A stretch of DNA of 64,000 nt from a virus (lineage: Duplodnaviria; Heunggongvirae; Uroviricota; Caudoviricetes), in the IMG/VR virus record IMGVR_UViG_3300025778_000009; one strand, written 5' to 3'. The number at the start of each line of letters is the position of its first letter. Within the stretch, counting starts at the first letter, position 1. Under the pieces are notes generated by a model, which searched no databases, was not told where the DNA came from, and worked only from the letters and a program-made list of their open reading frames with translations. The translations under genes and the position numbers were made by a program. Below, piece after piece: positions 19,018-27,300 of the stretch.

Positions 19018-20070
19018 ATGTCTCTTATTAATCGTCTAATTAAGAATTCTACTATTAAAGATACTTCTTTGCTCACCGAATCTAAAATTTATGGCAAAAA
19101 AGACATTATTACAACTAGCGTTCCAATGGTGAACGTAGCACTATCAGGTAGTGTGGATGGTGGTCTCACCCCGGGGCTTACCGTTCTTGCTGGTCCTTCC
19201 AAGCACTTCAAGTCTGCCTTTTCTCTCCTTATGGCGTCTGCTTACATGAAGCAATATCCTGATAGTGTTCTTATATTCTATGATTCAGAATTTGGTACCC
19301 CTCAAACTTACTTTGAGTCATTTGGTATTGATATGAGTCGTGTTATTCATACACCAATTACTGATATCGAAGAACTTAAATTTGATATCATGAAACAACT
19401 AAATGAAATTAGTCGTGACGAAAAGGTTGTTATGGTAATTGACTCAGTAGGTAACCTTGCTTCTAAAAAAGAAGTAGAGGATGCTGCAAATGAGAAGTCA
19501 GTAGCTGATATGTCTCGTGCAAAGAGCTTGAAGAGTTTGTTCCGTATGGTAACTCCTCATTTAACACTTAAAGATATTCCTTTGATTGTTGTCAATCACA
19601 CTTATAAGGAAATTGGTTTGTATCCTAAGGACATTGTTGGTGGTGGTACAGGCATTTATTATTCAGCAGATACAATTTGGATTCTTGGTCGCCAACAAGA
19701 TAAAGATGCTGACGGTATTTCAGGTTACCACTTTATTATTAATGTTGAGAAGTCTCGTTATGTTAAAGAGAAGTCTAAGATACCTATTACTGTATCTTAC
19801 GAAGGTGGTATCAAGAGATGGTCTGGTATGCTCGATCTAGCTATCGAAGGCGGTTATGTTGTTAAGCCTTCTAACGGGTGGTATCAACTAGTAGATCGTA
19901 CTACCGGTGAGGTAACAGGCAATAAAATGCGCGCTGCCGATATAGAAGATAACAAAGAAGTATGGAAGCAGATACTTACAACCACTGACTTTGCTGATTT
20001 TATTAAAAACAAATATACTTTAGCATCTGGTTCACTTATTAGCAGTGATATTGACGACGAAGAGGAATAA
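19018..20070 (+). CDS. uvsX: UvsX RecA-like recombinase
   Basis: AGPSKHFKS, YDSEFG, DSVGNLASKKE, GGTGIYYSA; internal SD AGGA before ATG 19018. Confidence 0.95.
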   Translation: MSLINRLIKNSTIKDTSLLTESKIYGKKDIITTSVPMVNVALSGSVDGGLTPGLTVLAGPSKHFKSAFSLLMASAYMKQYPDSVLIFYDSEFGTPQTYFESFGIDMSRVIHTPITDIEELKFDIMKQLNEISRDEKVVMVIDSVGNLASKKEVEDAANEKSVADMSRAKSLKSLFRMVTPHLTLKDIPLIVVNHTYKEIGLYPKDIVGGGTGIYYSADTIWILGRQQDKDADGISGYHFIINVEKSRYVKEKSKIPITVSYEGGIKRWSGMLDLAIEGGYVVKPSNGWYQLVDRTTGEVTGNKMRAADIEDNKEVWKQILTTTDFADFIKNKYTLASGSLISSDIDDEEE

Positions 20071-20073
20071 TCT

Positions 20074-20551
20074 ATGAGTACTTCTGACTCTGAGGAGATT
20101 GATAATTTTCGAAAGATCTATAATGAAGCCAGAGACCAATATGATTCTGATGCTGAAAAATTTTGGGATAATCTTTCGTATGCAGATAAATTAATGGCTT
20201 TTTATATTGTCACTAAACGTATCCATAAGGGTGATATTATCGATAATGGATCGTTTAGACATGTTCTTTATGATGTATTTGGATTTGATATGGATTCTTA
20301 CCTGGTAGGAATGGATTCTGGATATATGGAAATTCATAATAGTATTATGGTACAGCAAGATGACCAGTGAGCAAATGGAAGCTAAGATTCAAAAACTTAT
20401 GCTCCCTGTAGATACTCAGATATTAATGTGTGATGATATAAACGATGTATTGCTTTTAGCAGTAGGTATGCTAAGACGTTCTATTCTTATTCTCGACAAT
20501 CAGTATAAATCTGAAGGTCGTAAAGCTGTTATTAATGAGTTTAATAAATGA
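20074..20551 (+). other. Two hypothetical ORFs (20074-20370, 20360-20551)
   Basis: ORF track; overlapping arrangement. Confidence 0.55.
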
Positions 20552-20678
20552 CGTTTAAAGCATGGTCTATTCGCTGGATAGGTTTTAAAGGTATCTTATT
20601 TTATTGGAGTCTTTATAGATTTAACAGCGGATATCCTTATGTCAGTTGGCGTATTGGTCCTATTTTAATTAAAAGGTA

Positions 20679-22064
20679 TTGGTAGTGATTGAAAAAACAA
20701 TTTTATCTCATTTAATATTTAACGAAGCATATGCAAGAAAGAGCCTTCCATTTCTCAAAGACGAGTATTTTCAAAACCTATCAGATAAAGTTGTATATAA
20801 TTTAATTAATGAGTATGTACAAAAGTATAACAATACACCTACTAAGGAAGTATTGTTTCTTGAATTAAATAATCGTGATGGGTTAAGTGAGAATGTCTTT
20901 AAAGAATCAAAGCGAACTATTGAAGATCTTCAAATCGATAATACGGAGATTCAGTGGTTATTGGATAGCACAGAAAAATTTTGTCAAGAAAAAGCTATCT
21001 ATAATGCTATTATGGCTTCCATTAAAATCTTGGATGACAAAACTGGATCATTATCTACAGGCTCTATTCCTACTTTGTTATCAGACGCTCTTGGTGTCAG
21101 TTTTGATGTCAGTATCGGTCATGATTATTTTGCTAATGCTGATGATCGGTTTGATTTCTATCATCGCAAGGAAGAACATATTCCCTTTGACCTCCAGTAC
21201 TTTAATGATATTACTAAAGGAGGTCTTGTTCGAAAAACCCTTAACATTGCCCTTGCAGGCACTGGTGTGGGGAAATCTCTTTTTATGTGTCATTGTGCTT
21301 CACATAACCTGACACAAGGTAAGAATGTACTCTACATAACAATGGAAATGGCTGAAGAGAAGATTGCAGAACGTATTGATGCTAATCTACTTAATGTTAC
21401 AGTTGATGAGCTCTCTATCATTCCTAAAGACGTATATGATAAAAAAATCAATCGTGTAAGAGAAAAAACTGTTGGTAAACTAATTGTTAAAGAATACCCA
21501 ACTGCATCAGCAGGTTCAGCTCATTTTAGGCATTTGATTAATGAACTCAGAATTAAACGAAACTTTATTCCAGATATTATCTATATCGATTATCTCAACA
21601 TTTGTAGCAGCTCTCGTATTAGAACTGGTTCAAACGTTAATTCCTACACGTATATTAAAGCCATTGCTGAGGAATTGCGTGGTCTTGCTGTTGAGTTTAA
21701 TGTTCCCGTGGTGTCTGCTACTCAAACAACACGAGGAGGTTATGGCAATTCTGATGTCGAGCTTACAGATACTTCTGAGTCTTTCGGTCTTCCTGCTACA
21801 GCAGATTTAATGTTTGCTTTAATTTCAACAGAAGACTTAGAAACACTCGGGCAGTTAATGGTTAAGCAACTAAAAAACCGATACAATGACCCAACACTGA
21901 ATAAGCGATTCGTAATTGGTATTGATCGAGCTAAAATGCGTTTGTATAATGTTGAACAGAGTGCGCAGACATTAGTAGATGATGCACCAGTATTTAACAG
22001 CACTAAGTCTGGTAAGACTATTGATTCAGAAAAACGTAATAAGTTTAAGGAATTAATGGTATGA
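20679..22064 (+). CDS. 41: Replicative helicase (T4 gp41-like)
   Basis: LAGTGVGKS, KEYPT, IDYLNIC, SATQTTR, TSESFGLPATAD, KQLKNRY. Confidence 0.97.
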   Translation: MVVIEKTILSHLIFNEAYARKSLPFLKDEYFQNLSDKVVYNLINEYVQKYNNTPTKEVLFLELNNRDGLSENVFKESKRTIEDLQIDNTEIQWLLDSTEKFCQEKAIYNAIMASIKILDDKTGSLSTGSIPTLLSDALGVSFDVSIGHDYFANADDRFDFYHRKEEHIPFDLQYFNDITKGGLVRKTLNIALAGTGVGKSLFMCHCASHNLTQGKNVLYITMEMAEEKIAERIDANLLNVTVDELSIIPKDVYDKKINRVREKTVGKLIVKEYPTASAGSAHFRHLINELRIKRNFIPDIIYIDYLNICSSSRIRTGSNVNSYTYIKAIAEELRGLAVEFNVPVVSATQTTRGGYGNSDVELTDTSESFGLPATADLMFALISTEDLETLGQLMVKQLKNRYNDPTLNKRFVIGIDRAKMRLYNVEQSAQTLVDDAPVFNSTKSGKTIDSEKRNKFKELMV

Positions 22065-22284
22065 AGACATCAGATGAGGCTTATGCTGAATTTGTTGCTG
22101 ATATTATCTTATCTTATTTTGCAGCTCAACAAGCTGCTGGTAGATCAGTTTTATATGAAAGCGAGATATGGCAGCTTTTAGGATTAGAGCTTCCTAAAGA
22201 TCAGGAAAATCGTAAATTTATCTTAAAAGAATATCATGATAATGTGATTCCGTTTCCAAAAAAACACTGATTCTATAAGAATCC

Positions 22285-22349
22285 AAAAAACCCAATGATT
22301 TCAATAGGTTACAACTTTTTTATAACTCATTGAAATCATTGGGTTTTTT
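22285..22349. repeat. Perfect 21-bp inverted repeat containing two IHF-like sites
   Basis: AAAAAACCCAATGATTTCAAT / ATTGAAATCATTGGGTTTTTT. Confidence 0.85.
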
Positions 22350-22576
22350 TTGTGCTTATCAGTTGATTTATTTCGTGAAATATACGATATTAATAATATG
22401 ATGAATGGAGATAAGAAATGATTGAGATTCTTACTGCTTATGCACCTTTTATCGAGATTTCCGTTGGAATTCTTGCAATTACTGCAATTTTTGAAGGAAT
22501 TTTCTGAAAATAACAGTTGCATTAATTACAGAAGTCAGTATAATCATAATATAGACAACACACACAGGAGTTATAA

Positions 22577-23002
22577 ATGTCTAATATTGCACTCGTTGTT
22601 AAGATGCTCGAATCTAATCCTACTGCAGATAAGGCTACTTTGGTTGAGATGGTTATTGCTCAGCTTAAAGTAACCAAGTCTAATGCTCAGGTCTACGTTT
22701 ATAACGCTCAGAAGAAGCTTGGTAAGCCTACTAAGACTGCAAAGCCTGCTAAGGCCTCTAAGTCTGTAAAAGATACTCGTGCAGAGATTGTTCGTAAGTC
22801 TGATGAAGAAGTTGCTCGTATCAAGGATGAACGTCTTGCTCAGATGAAGTCAATTGGTGAGCGTCGTGTAAAAGAGCAAGCAGAAATCGATGCTAAGAAA
22901 GAAGTAATGCTGTCTCAGATTGATACTTTTATGGATGACAATAAGGCTTATCTTGACGGTCTTACTGCTCCTACTCGTAAGTTTTTCGGCCTTGCCGAGT
23001 AA
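22577..23002 (+). CDS. Basic hypothetical early protein
   Basis: SD AGGAG; upstream GTTGCATT..TATAAT promoter-like element. Confidence 0.65.
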   Translation: MSNIALVVKMLESNPTADKATLVEMVIAQLKVTKSNAQVYVYNAQKKLGKPTKTAKPAKASKSVKDTRAEIVRKSDEEVARIKDERLAQMKSIGERRVKEQAEIDAKKEVMLSQIDTFMDDNKAYLDGLTAPTRKFFGLAE

Positions 23003-23060
23003 AGTTAGCTATATATGAGTAGAGAGAGCAATCTCTCTACTCAACTCTAAAGGACTATTA

Positions 23061-23165
23061 ATGCACTCTTTATCCTGTATGAAACAAACATATCGCCTAA
23101 CATTTAGCGGACAGATTGCTCCGAATGCTGGCGTATGGTCAGAAGGTAAGGAGCGCTCAGTGTAA
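23061..23165 (+). CDS. Putative leader peptide (34 aa, MHSLSCMKQTYRLTFSGQIAPNAGVWSEGKERSV)
   Basis: SD AAGGA; stop codon overlaps the 5' arm of the antiterminator. Confidence 0.65.
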   Translation: MHSLSCMKQTYRLTFSGQIAPNAGVWSEGKERSV

Positions 23166-23224
23166 AATTAGATAGATATAATCTAAGAACACTGAGCGGC
23201 CTAGGAAACTAGAGCCGCTTTTTT
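23154..23224 (+). promoter_or_regulatory. Attenuator: mutually exclusive antiterminator (23154-23198) and terminator (23194-23224)
   Basis: CGCTCAGTGT/ACACTGAGCG 10 bp versus GAGCGGC-CTAG-gaaa-CTAG-a-GCCGCTT-TTTT; shared GAGCG. Confidence 0.75.
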
Positions 23225-23279
23225 AATAGCCCTTTTTTAGTTGATTAAATTTTGTAAATTTACTATATTAATAATCGAT

Positions 23280-23354
23280 GCTGTTCCGAGTGGATAAGAA
23301 CAGCCCCTGACTGGTACTTGAGCCAAATGGCTGAATAGGTGGTTTCCAGCAGGG
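23280..23354 (+). ncRNA. Structured RNA segment
   Basis: GCTGTTC/GAACAGC hairpin; CCCTG..CTGG/CCAG..CAGGG stem. Confidence 0.45.
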
Positions 23355-23371
23355 TAGAAGAACAACGAAAG

Positions 23372-23528
23372 TTGTCTCTTCATGGATACTACACTGGGTA
23401 GGCTGATAGACGTATCAGCTAGGGAAACTCATGGCGCATTGAGAGTCCTGAGATAACCAGAGTCTGGCGCTAAGGACGGCTGCAACCGAATCCGAAGTTG
23501 ACTTTATGTAGTATCTTTGTAGAGACAA
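23372..23528 (+). ncRNA. Stem-enclosed ncRNA A
   Basis: 22-bp closing stem 23372-23393/23507-23528; internal hairpins. Confidence 0.7.
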
Positions 23529-23529
23529 T

Positions 23530-23668
23530 TTGTTTCTTCACAGATACATCAGAGCCCAAAGCTAGTGCACAAATATTAAAGCAGAGGTAGGCTTCCCAGA
23601 ATCGGTAATCAGCTGTAATAACGAGTGGTATTGGAAGTTAGATAGCTGGTGTATCTTTGAAGAGACAA
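23530..23668 (+). ncRNA. Stem-enclosed ncRNA B
   Basis: 23-bp closing stem 23530-23552/23646-23668, similar in sequence to A. Confidence 0.7.
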
Positions 23669-23675
23669 TTGAATT

Positions 23676-23835
23676 TTGGACGGTATTGGCTAGGCGCTGA
23701 TATCTGTATTCTCTGGCAGGAGTACGAACGAGGGATGCCAGTCCCTCTAGTAGCCAAATAACTAATCGTAGCAGTTTGGCACTGCTGGTGAAGCACCTAC
23801 GGAGATGGTAGGAGAGCAGATGAGCAATCATCCAA
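23676..23835 (+). ncRNA. Multi-hairpin ncRNA with kissing loops
   Basis: Loops CTGGCA (23713-18) and TGCCAG (23736-41) are complementary; several further hairpins. Confidence 0.6.
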
Positions 23836-23858
23836 CAAAACAAATGCCAAACATTTTT

Positions 23859-23957
23859 GTGGCGTATGGTGTAATGGTAGCACAGGAAGTCCGAGACGCC
23901 TTAGGTGGAGTAGGCATTCAAAAAGCCAAGAGCAGTTCGATCCTGCTGCGCTGCACA
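23859..23957 (+). ncRNA. tRNA-like RNA with expanded anticodon region, no CCA
   Basis: D arm GTGT-AATGGTA-GCAC, T arm AGCAG-TTCGATC-CTGCT and acceptor pairing; about 35 nt replace the anticodon arm. Confidence 0.5.
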
Positions 23958-23964
23958 AAGTATT

Positions 23965-24048
23965 GGAGGTATGCGAGCAAGGTGCTCAAAGAGTCTTGAA
24001 AACTCTGCCACCGCAAGGTTGATGGTTCGATTCCTTGTACCTCCGCCA
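23965..24048 (+). tRNA. tRNA-Ser(TGA), atypical D arm and weak T stem
   Basis: GGAGGTA/TACCTCC, G73, long variable arm, CCA. Confidence 0.75.
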
Positions 24049-24052
24049 ATAT

Positions 24053-24201
24053 TGCAGGTGTGGAAACCTGTATATCACTAGCATTGATGTACCGAAGTAA
24101 ATGCTAGGTATAGTGGGCAGCCACTGGAGTCTGCATTGTCGGTCGTACCCGCAGTCCTATAATCTGTCAACGCGAAGATTGACACTGGAAGGAGTAACCA
24201 G
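24053..24201 (+). ncRNA. Multi-hairpin structured RNA
   Basis: TGCAGGT/ACCTGTA, CTAGCATT/AATGCTAG, TGTCAA/TTGACA, CTGG/CCAG; GC-rich, no ORF. Confidence 0.45.
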
Positions 24202-24212
24202 AACGAGTTTTT

Positions 24213-24306
24213 GGGTGAGTTGATGCTACGGCGTGTGCATCCCCGGACTGTAAATCCGGTCCCTATGTGGTAAACAATGTTGGTTCGACTCCAACCTCAC
24301 CCACCA
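24213..24306 (+). tRNA. tRNA-Tyr(GTA), extended D stem
   Basis: Cloverleaf, long variable region, CCA. Confidence 0.85.
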
Positions 24307-24400
24307 AAGATTTCAGTTGCATTATTATGCGATGTATCGTATTATAATAATGTACTGAAACGGACATTGTGTCCACCTTTTATAATATGGAGAAGTGAAA

Positions 24401-24658
24401 ATGACTAATACAACTCGCGTACTTACAGCTCTTATGACTGGTGAAGAATTGACTGCAAAGCAGATCTCAGCACGTTACGGCATTGCAAATGCTCGTGCAA
24501 CTATCTCTGCTCTTCGTTCAGAAGGTTATGCAATCTATCTTAACGCTCGTAAGGACACTAAAGGTCGTGTAACTAACAAGTATCGTCTTGGAACACCTAC
24601 TCGCAAGATCATTGCAGCTGGTTACAAGGCACTTGGCGCTGAAGCATACGGCGCCTAA
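24401..24658 (+). CDS. Small HTH-like protein
   Basis: LTAKQISARYGIANARATISALRSEGY..YRLGTP. Confidence 0.65.
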   Translation: MTNTTRVLTALMTGEELTAKQISARYGIANARATISALRSEGYAIYLNARKDTKGRVTNKYRLGTPTRKIIAAGYKALGAEAYGA

Positions 24659-24681
24659 TAGCTAGGTCCCATCTCGGATGT

Positions 24682-24711
24682 AAAGAGGGGCTTAGCGGCC
24701 CCTCTTTTTTT
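24682..24711 (+). terminator. Rho-independent terminator
   Basis: AAAGAGGGGC-ttagcg-GCCCCTCTTT-TTTT. Confidence 0.8.
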
Positions 24712-24802
24712 ATCTCTTCACGAATACATCAGTTGCAGTCCGCATCCAAGAGTACTGCGTAATTTTGTGTGATGCCAGTCTGATGTATTCTTGAAGATAT
24801 AA
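24710..24802 (+). ncRNA. Stem-enclosed ncRNA C with H-type pseudoknot
   Basis: 23-bp closing stem similar to A and B; GCAGT/ACTGC plus GCATC/GATGC. Confidence 0.65.
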
Positions 24803-24803
24803 T

Positions 24804-24837
24804 GAACTCTTAGCTCAGTTGGTAGAGCACAGGTCTT
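24804..24837 (+). pseudogene. 5' half of a disrupted tRNA (Lys-like)
   Basis: GAACTCT-TA-GCTC-AGTTGGTA-GAGC-A-CAGGT-CT-T then break. Confidence 0.75.
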
Positions 24838-24856
24838 AAGTCAAATGCTCTAGATT

Positions 24857-24886
24857 TATAAATATCAGTAAAGGAGATACTGATAT
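24857..24886 (+). promoter_or_regulatory. Late promoter plus RBS/ATG hairpin
   Basis: TATAAATA 24857-64; ATATCAGTA-aaggaga-TACTGATAT(G). Confidence 0.75.
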
Positions 24887-25448
24887 GAAAAAGTCTAAAA
24901 GTGAAGCTTGGTATGCTGCAATGGCTGCTAAAAAAGATAAAGGTACCAATCGTAATCAATATACCAAAGCTAAAGAGTTAGGATTACCCAAACCAGAAAT
25001 TTCAGAAGAGTCGCATAAAAAAAGAAGTTCTGCTAGTAAAAGACCTCATACTGAAGAAACAAAAAAGAAAATTAGTGATCATCGTATAAAATTTTTACGA
25101 GAAAATCCTGATAAGGTACCTTATAAATTAAATCATTCTTCTAAAGGTAGATCATATGCAGAAGAATATTGGAAAATAGTATTAGATACTAACAACTTAG
25201 TATATGAAGAACAATATCAAATTGGTCCTTATCAATTAGATTTTGCCTTCCCTAATTTAAAATTAGATTTAGAAATAGACGGTGATCAACATCATTTAGA
25301 TAAAAGAGTTGTTGAAAGTGATAAAAGAAGAAACCTTTATCTTGAAGAGCTTGGATGGACTGTTATAAGAGTTAAATGGTCTGACTATAAAAAACTAGAA
25401 GATAAAAAAAGTTTCGTTAATAATATAATAAGTTTACTGGACCCATAG
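24885..25448 (+). CDS. DUF559/Vsr-like endonuclease (putative homing endonuclease)
   Basis: YQLDFAF..LEIDGDQHH..SDKRRNLYLEELGWTVIR; HTEETKKKIS NUMOD3-like. Confidence 0.8.
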   Translation: MKKSKSEAWYAAMAAKKDKGTNRNQYTKAKELGLPKPEISEESHKKRSSASKRPHTEETKKKISDHRIKFLRENPDKVPYKLNHSSKGRSYAEEYWKIVLDTNNLVYEEQYQIGPYQLDFAFPNLKLDLEIDGDQHHLDKRVVESDKRRNLYLEELGWTVIRVKWSDYKKLEDKKSFVNNIISLLDP

Positions 25449-25514
25449 CACAATTGGTGGTGCAAGATGCTTTTAACTTCTAGGTTACAGGTTCAAATCC
25501 TGTTGGGTTCACCA
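25439..25514 (+). tRNA. tRNA-Lys(TTT)
   Basis: Cloverleaf, CCA; one U-U pair in anticodon stem. Confidence 0.85.
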
Positions 25515-25519
25515 ATGTT

Positions 25520-25595
25520 GTGTTGGTCGAGATTCCATTAACACTCGACAAGTCCTAGTCTGCCTGTAGTATACTGCAGTTTAGATCGGGCACCA
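25520..25595 (+). ncRNA. Small structured RNA ending in CCA
   Basis: GTCGAG/CTCGAC and TGTAG/CTGCA hairpins; ends GGGCACCA. Confidence 0.35.
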
Positions 25596-25601
25596 ATTTT
25601 T

Positions 25602-25678
25602 GGACCCTTAGCTCAATTGGTTAGAGCGCTCGCCTCTTAAGCGAATGGTTCTCAGTTCAATTCTGAGAGGGTTCACCA
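25602..25678 (+). tRNA. tRNA-Lys(CTT)
   Basis: Cloverleaf, CCA. Confidence 0.9.
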
Positions 25679-25687
25679 AAAAATTGA

Positions 25688-25761
25688 TGACTTGTAGCTC
25701 AATGGTAGAGCAAACGACTGATAATCGTTAGACGAAAGTTCGATTCTTTCCAGGTCAACCA
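25688..25761 (+). tRNA. tRNA-Ile(GAT)
   Basis: Cloverleaf, CCA. Confidence 0.9.
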
Positions 25762-25764
25762 AGA

Positions 25765-25902
25765 ACGGGGTGCAGGATAGAGTACAATTAGATTTACCAG
25801 ATTTAATTGGAAATATGGCTGCAGGCTACTTAATGTAGCGGTGCGATAAGGTGCTGGTAACATTGGACGTGCTGTAGGGTTCGACTCCCCTTGCCTTGTC
25901 AA
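25765..25902 (+). ncRNA. About 135-nt RNA with tRNA-like T arm
   Basis: GGG-TTCGACT-CCC near the 3' end; TTACCAG/CTGGTAA and GCTAC/GTAGC. Confidence 0.45.
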
Positions 25903-25903
25903 T

Positions 25904-26010
25904 TTTACGCCCGAATTAAATTTCGGATAATAAAATAAAAAGGCCATAAGCTAGAAATAGCAACACCTTGAGTGGTCATTGTTGGAGCCTAGCCAACACC
26001 GAGGCGTAAA
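25904..26010 (+). ncRNA. Structured RNA closed by TTTACGCC/GGCGTAAA
   Basis: Closing stem plus internal hairpins. Confidence 0.45.
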
Positions 26011-26021
26011 TATTATTTAAT

Positions 26022-26097
26022 GCCGTCTTAGTGTTGTTGGTCAGCACGTGAGTTTGTGGCACTCAAGGAACTAGTTCGATCCTAGTAGACGGTACCA
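26022..26097 (+). tRNA. tRNA-His(GTG), no G-1, A73
   Basis: GCCGTCT/AGACGGT-A-CCA. Confidence 0.9.
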
Positions 26098-26104
26098 AAA
26101 ATCT

Positions 26105-26179
26105 GCTGGTGGGGTGGCTTGGTGTCACAAAGGTCTCATAAGCCTTCTAAGATCAGATCGTTACTGATCACCAGCACCA
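26105..26179 (+). tRNA. Atypical tRNA(CAT)
   Basis: G8, D stem GTGGC/GTCAC, T loop ATCGTTA, CCA. Confidence 0.75.
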
Positions 26180-26186
26180 TCTATAA

Positions 26187-26264
26187 CTCGCGTTGGTGTA
26201 GCGATCTAACATACCCGCCTTTCAAGCGTGGAGATCATGGGTTTAAATCCCATACGCGGGACCA
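26187..26264 (+). tRNA. tRNA-Glu(TTC)
   Basis: Cloverleaf, CCA; A19/U56. Confidence 0.8.
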
Positions 26265-26268
26265 ATCT

Positions 26269-26343
26269 GCTCCGTTCGTCTATCGATTAGGACACTCGGT
26301 TCTCAACCGAACAGGATGGGTTTGATTCCCATACGGAGCTCCA
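26269..26343 (+). tRNA. tRNA-Glu(CTC)
   Basis: Cloverleaf, CCA; A19/U56. Confidence 0.8.
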
Positions 26344-26389
26344 GAAAGTAGTTGCATTTAATTAGCATACATAGTAGTATAAAGAATAT

Positions 26390-26464
26390 TGGGGAGTGGC
26401 GCAGCGGTAGCGCAGGTGACTGTTAATCACTTGGTCGTAGGTTCGAATCCTACCTCTCCAGCCA
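26390..26464 (+). tRNA. tRNA-Asn(GTT)
   Basis: Canonical cloverleaf. Confidence 0.95.
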
Positions 26465-26470
26465 GTTTAT

Positions 26471-26547
<77 letters not shown>

Positions 26548-26553
26548 ATTTAT

Positions 26554-26629
26554 GCTGGAATAGCTCAGTTGGTAGAGCAACGGTTTTGTAAACCGTAGGT
26601 CGCGAGTTCGAGTCCCGCTTTCAGCACCA
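26554..26629 (+). tRNA. tRNA-Thr(TGT)
   Basis: Canonical cloverleaf. Confidence 0.95.
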
Positions 26630-26650
26630 TTTTTTTGTTAAGGATTTTTT

Positions 26651-27292
26651 ATGGATCATTACTATCATACTTTTGGACTTAATCGTGCTAAAGGAAGTAA
26701 ATTCGGACACAATTTTGATTATCCTTTCATTTATAGAAAAATGGTACAATTAGCACCTCATGATGGTCATTTTGTTGAAATAGGCTCTCATATTGGAGGC
26801 AGTTCTTGCTTTCTTGCTGTTGAAATTATTAATAGCGGTAAAAATATTAAATTAGATTGTATTGATCCATGGAATGAAGATCCTGATTATGGAATGGATA
26901 GATTTAATGAATTTACTAAAAATATGAAACCAGTTGAAGGCTATTATAATGCTATTAGAGCATACAGCCCTGCAGCAGCAGATCAATATCAAGATCAATC
27001 ATTAGACTTTGTATGGATTGATGGTGATCATTGGTATGATGGTGTTAAAGCTGATATTTTAGGGTGGCTTCCTAAAATTAAAAAAAATGGCTGGCTTGGC
27101 GGTCATGATTGTGATAAACATGGCGGTGATGTTGAAAAAGTAGTTCATGAATTATTAGGTGATTACATATCAGAAGGCCTAGTAGAATTTCATTCTAGTG
27201 AGAAATTTTTTAAGGATAGTGATACAAATACTATCAATCATGATTACTTAGATCATTATAGAAAAAGCTTTCTAGTTCAGATTACTAAATAA
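26651..27292 (+). CDS. Class I SAM methyltransferase (Methyltransf_24-like)
   Basis: VEIGSHIGGS, DFVWIDGDH.Y..VKAD, GGHD. Confidence 0.85.
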   Translation: MDHYYHTFGLNRAKGSKFGHNFDYPFIYRKMVQLAPHDGHFVEIGSHIGGSSCFLAVEIINSGKNIKLDCIDPWNEDPDYGMDRFNEFTKNMKPVEGYYNAIRAYSPAAADQYQDQSLDFVWIDGDHWYDGVKADILGWLPKIKKNGWLGGHDCDKHGGDVEKVVHELLGDYISEGLVEFHSSEKFFKDSDTNTINHDYLDHYRKSFLVQITK

Positions 27293-27300
27293 AAAAGTTT

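Noticed and set aside
15286-22064. Inteins or introns in gp43, uvsX or gp41
   Set aside because: Lengths are normal and motifs are contiguous.
25765-25902. tmRNA
   Set aside because: Too short, with no convincing Ala acceptor, CCA or tag reading frame.
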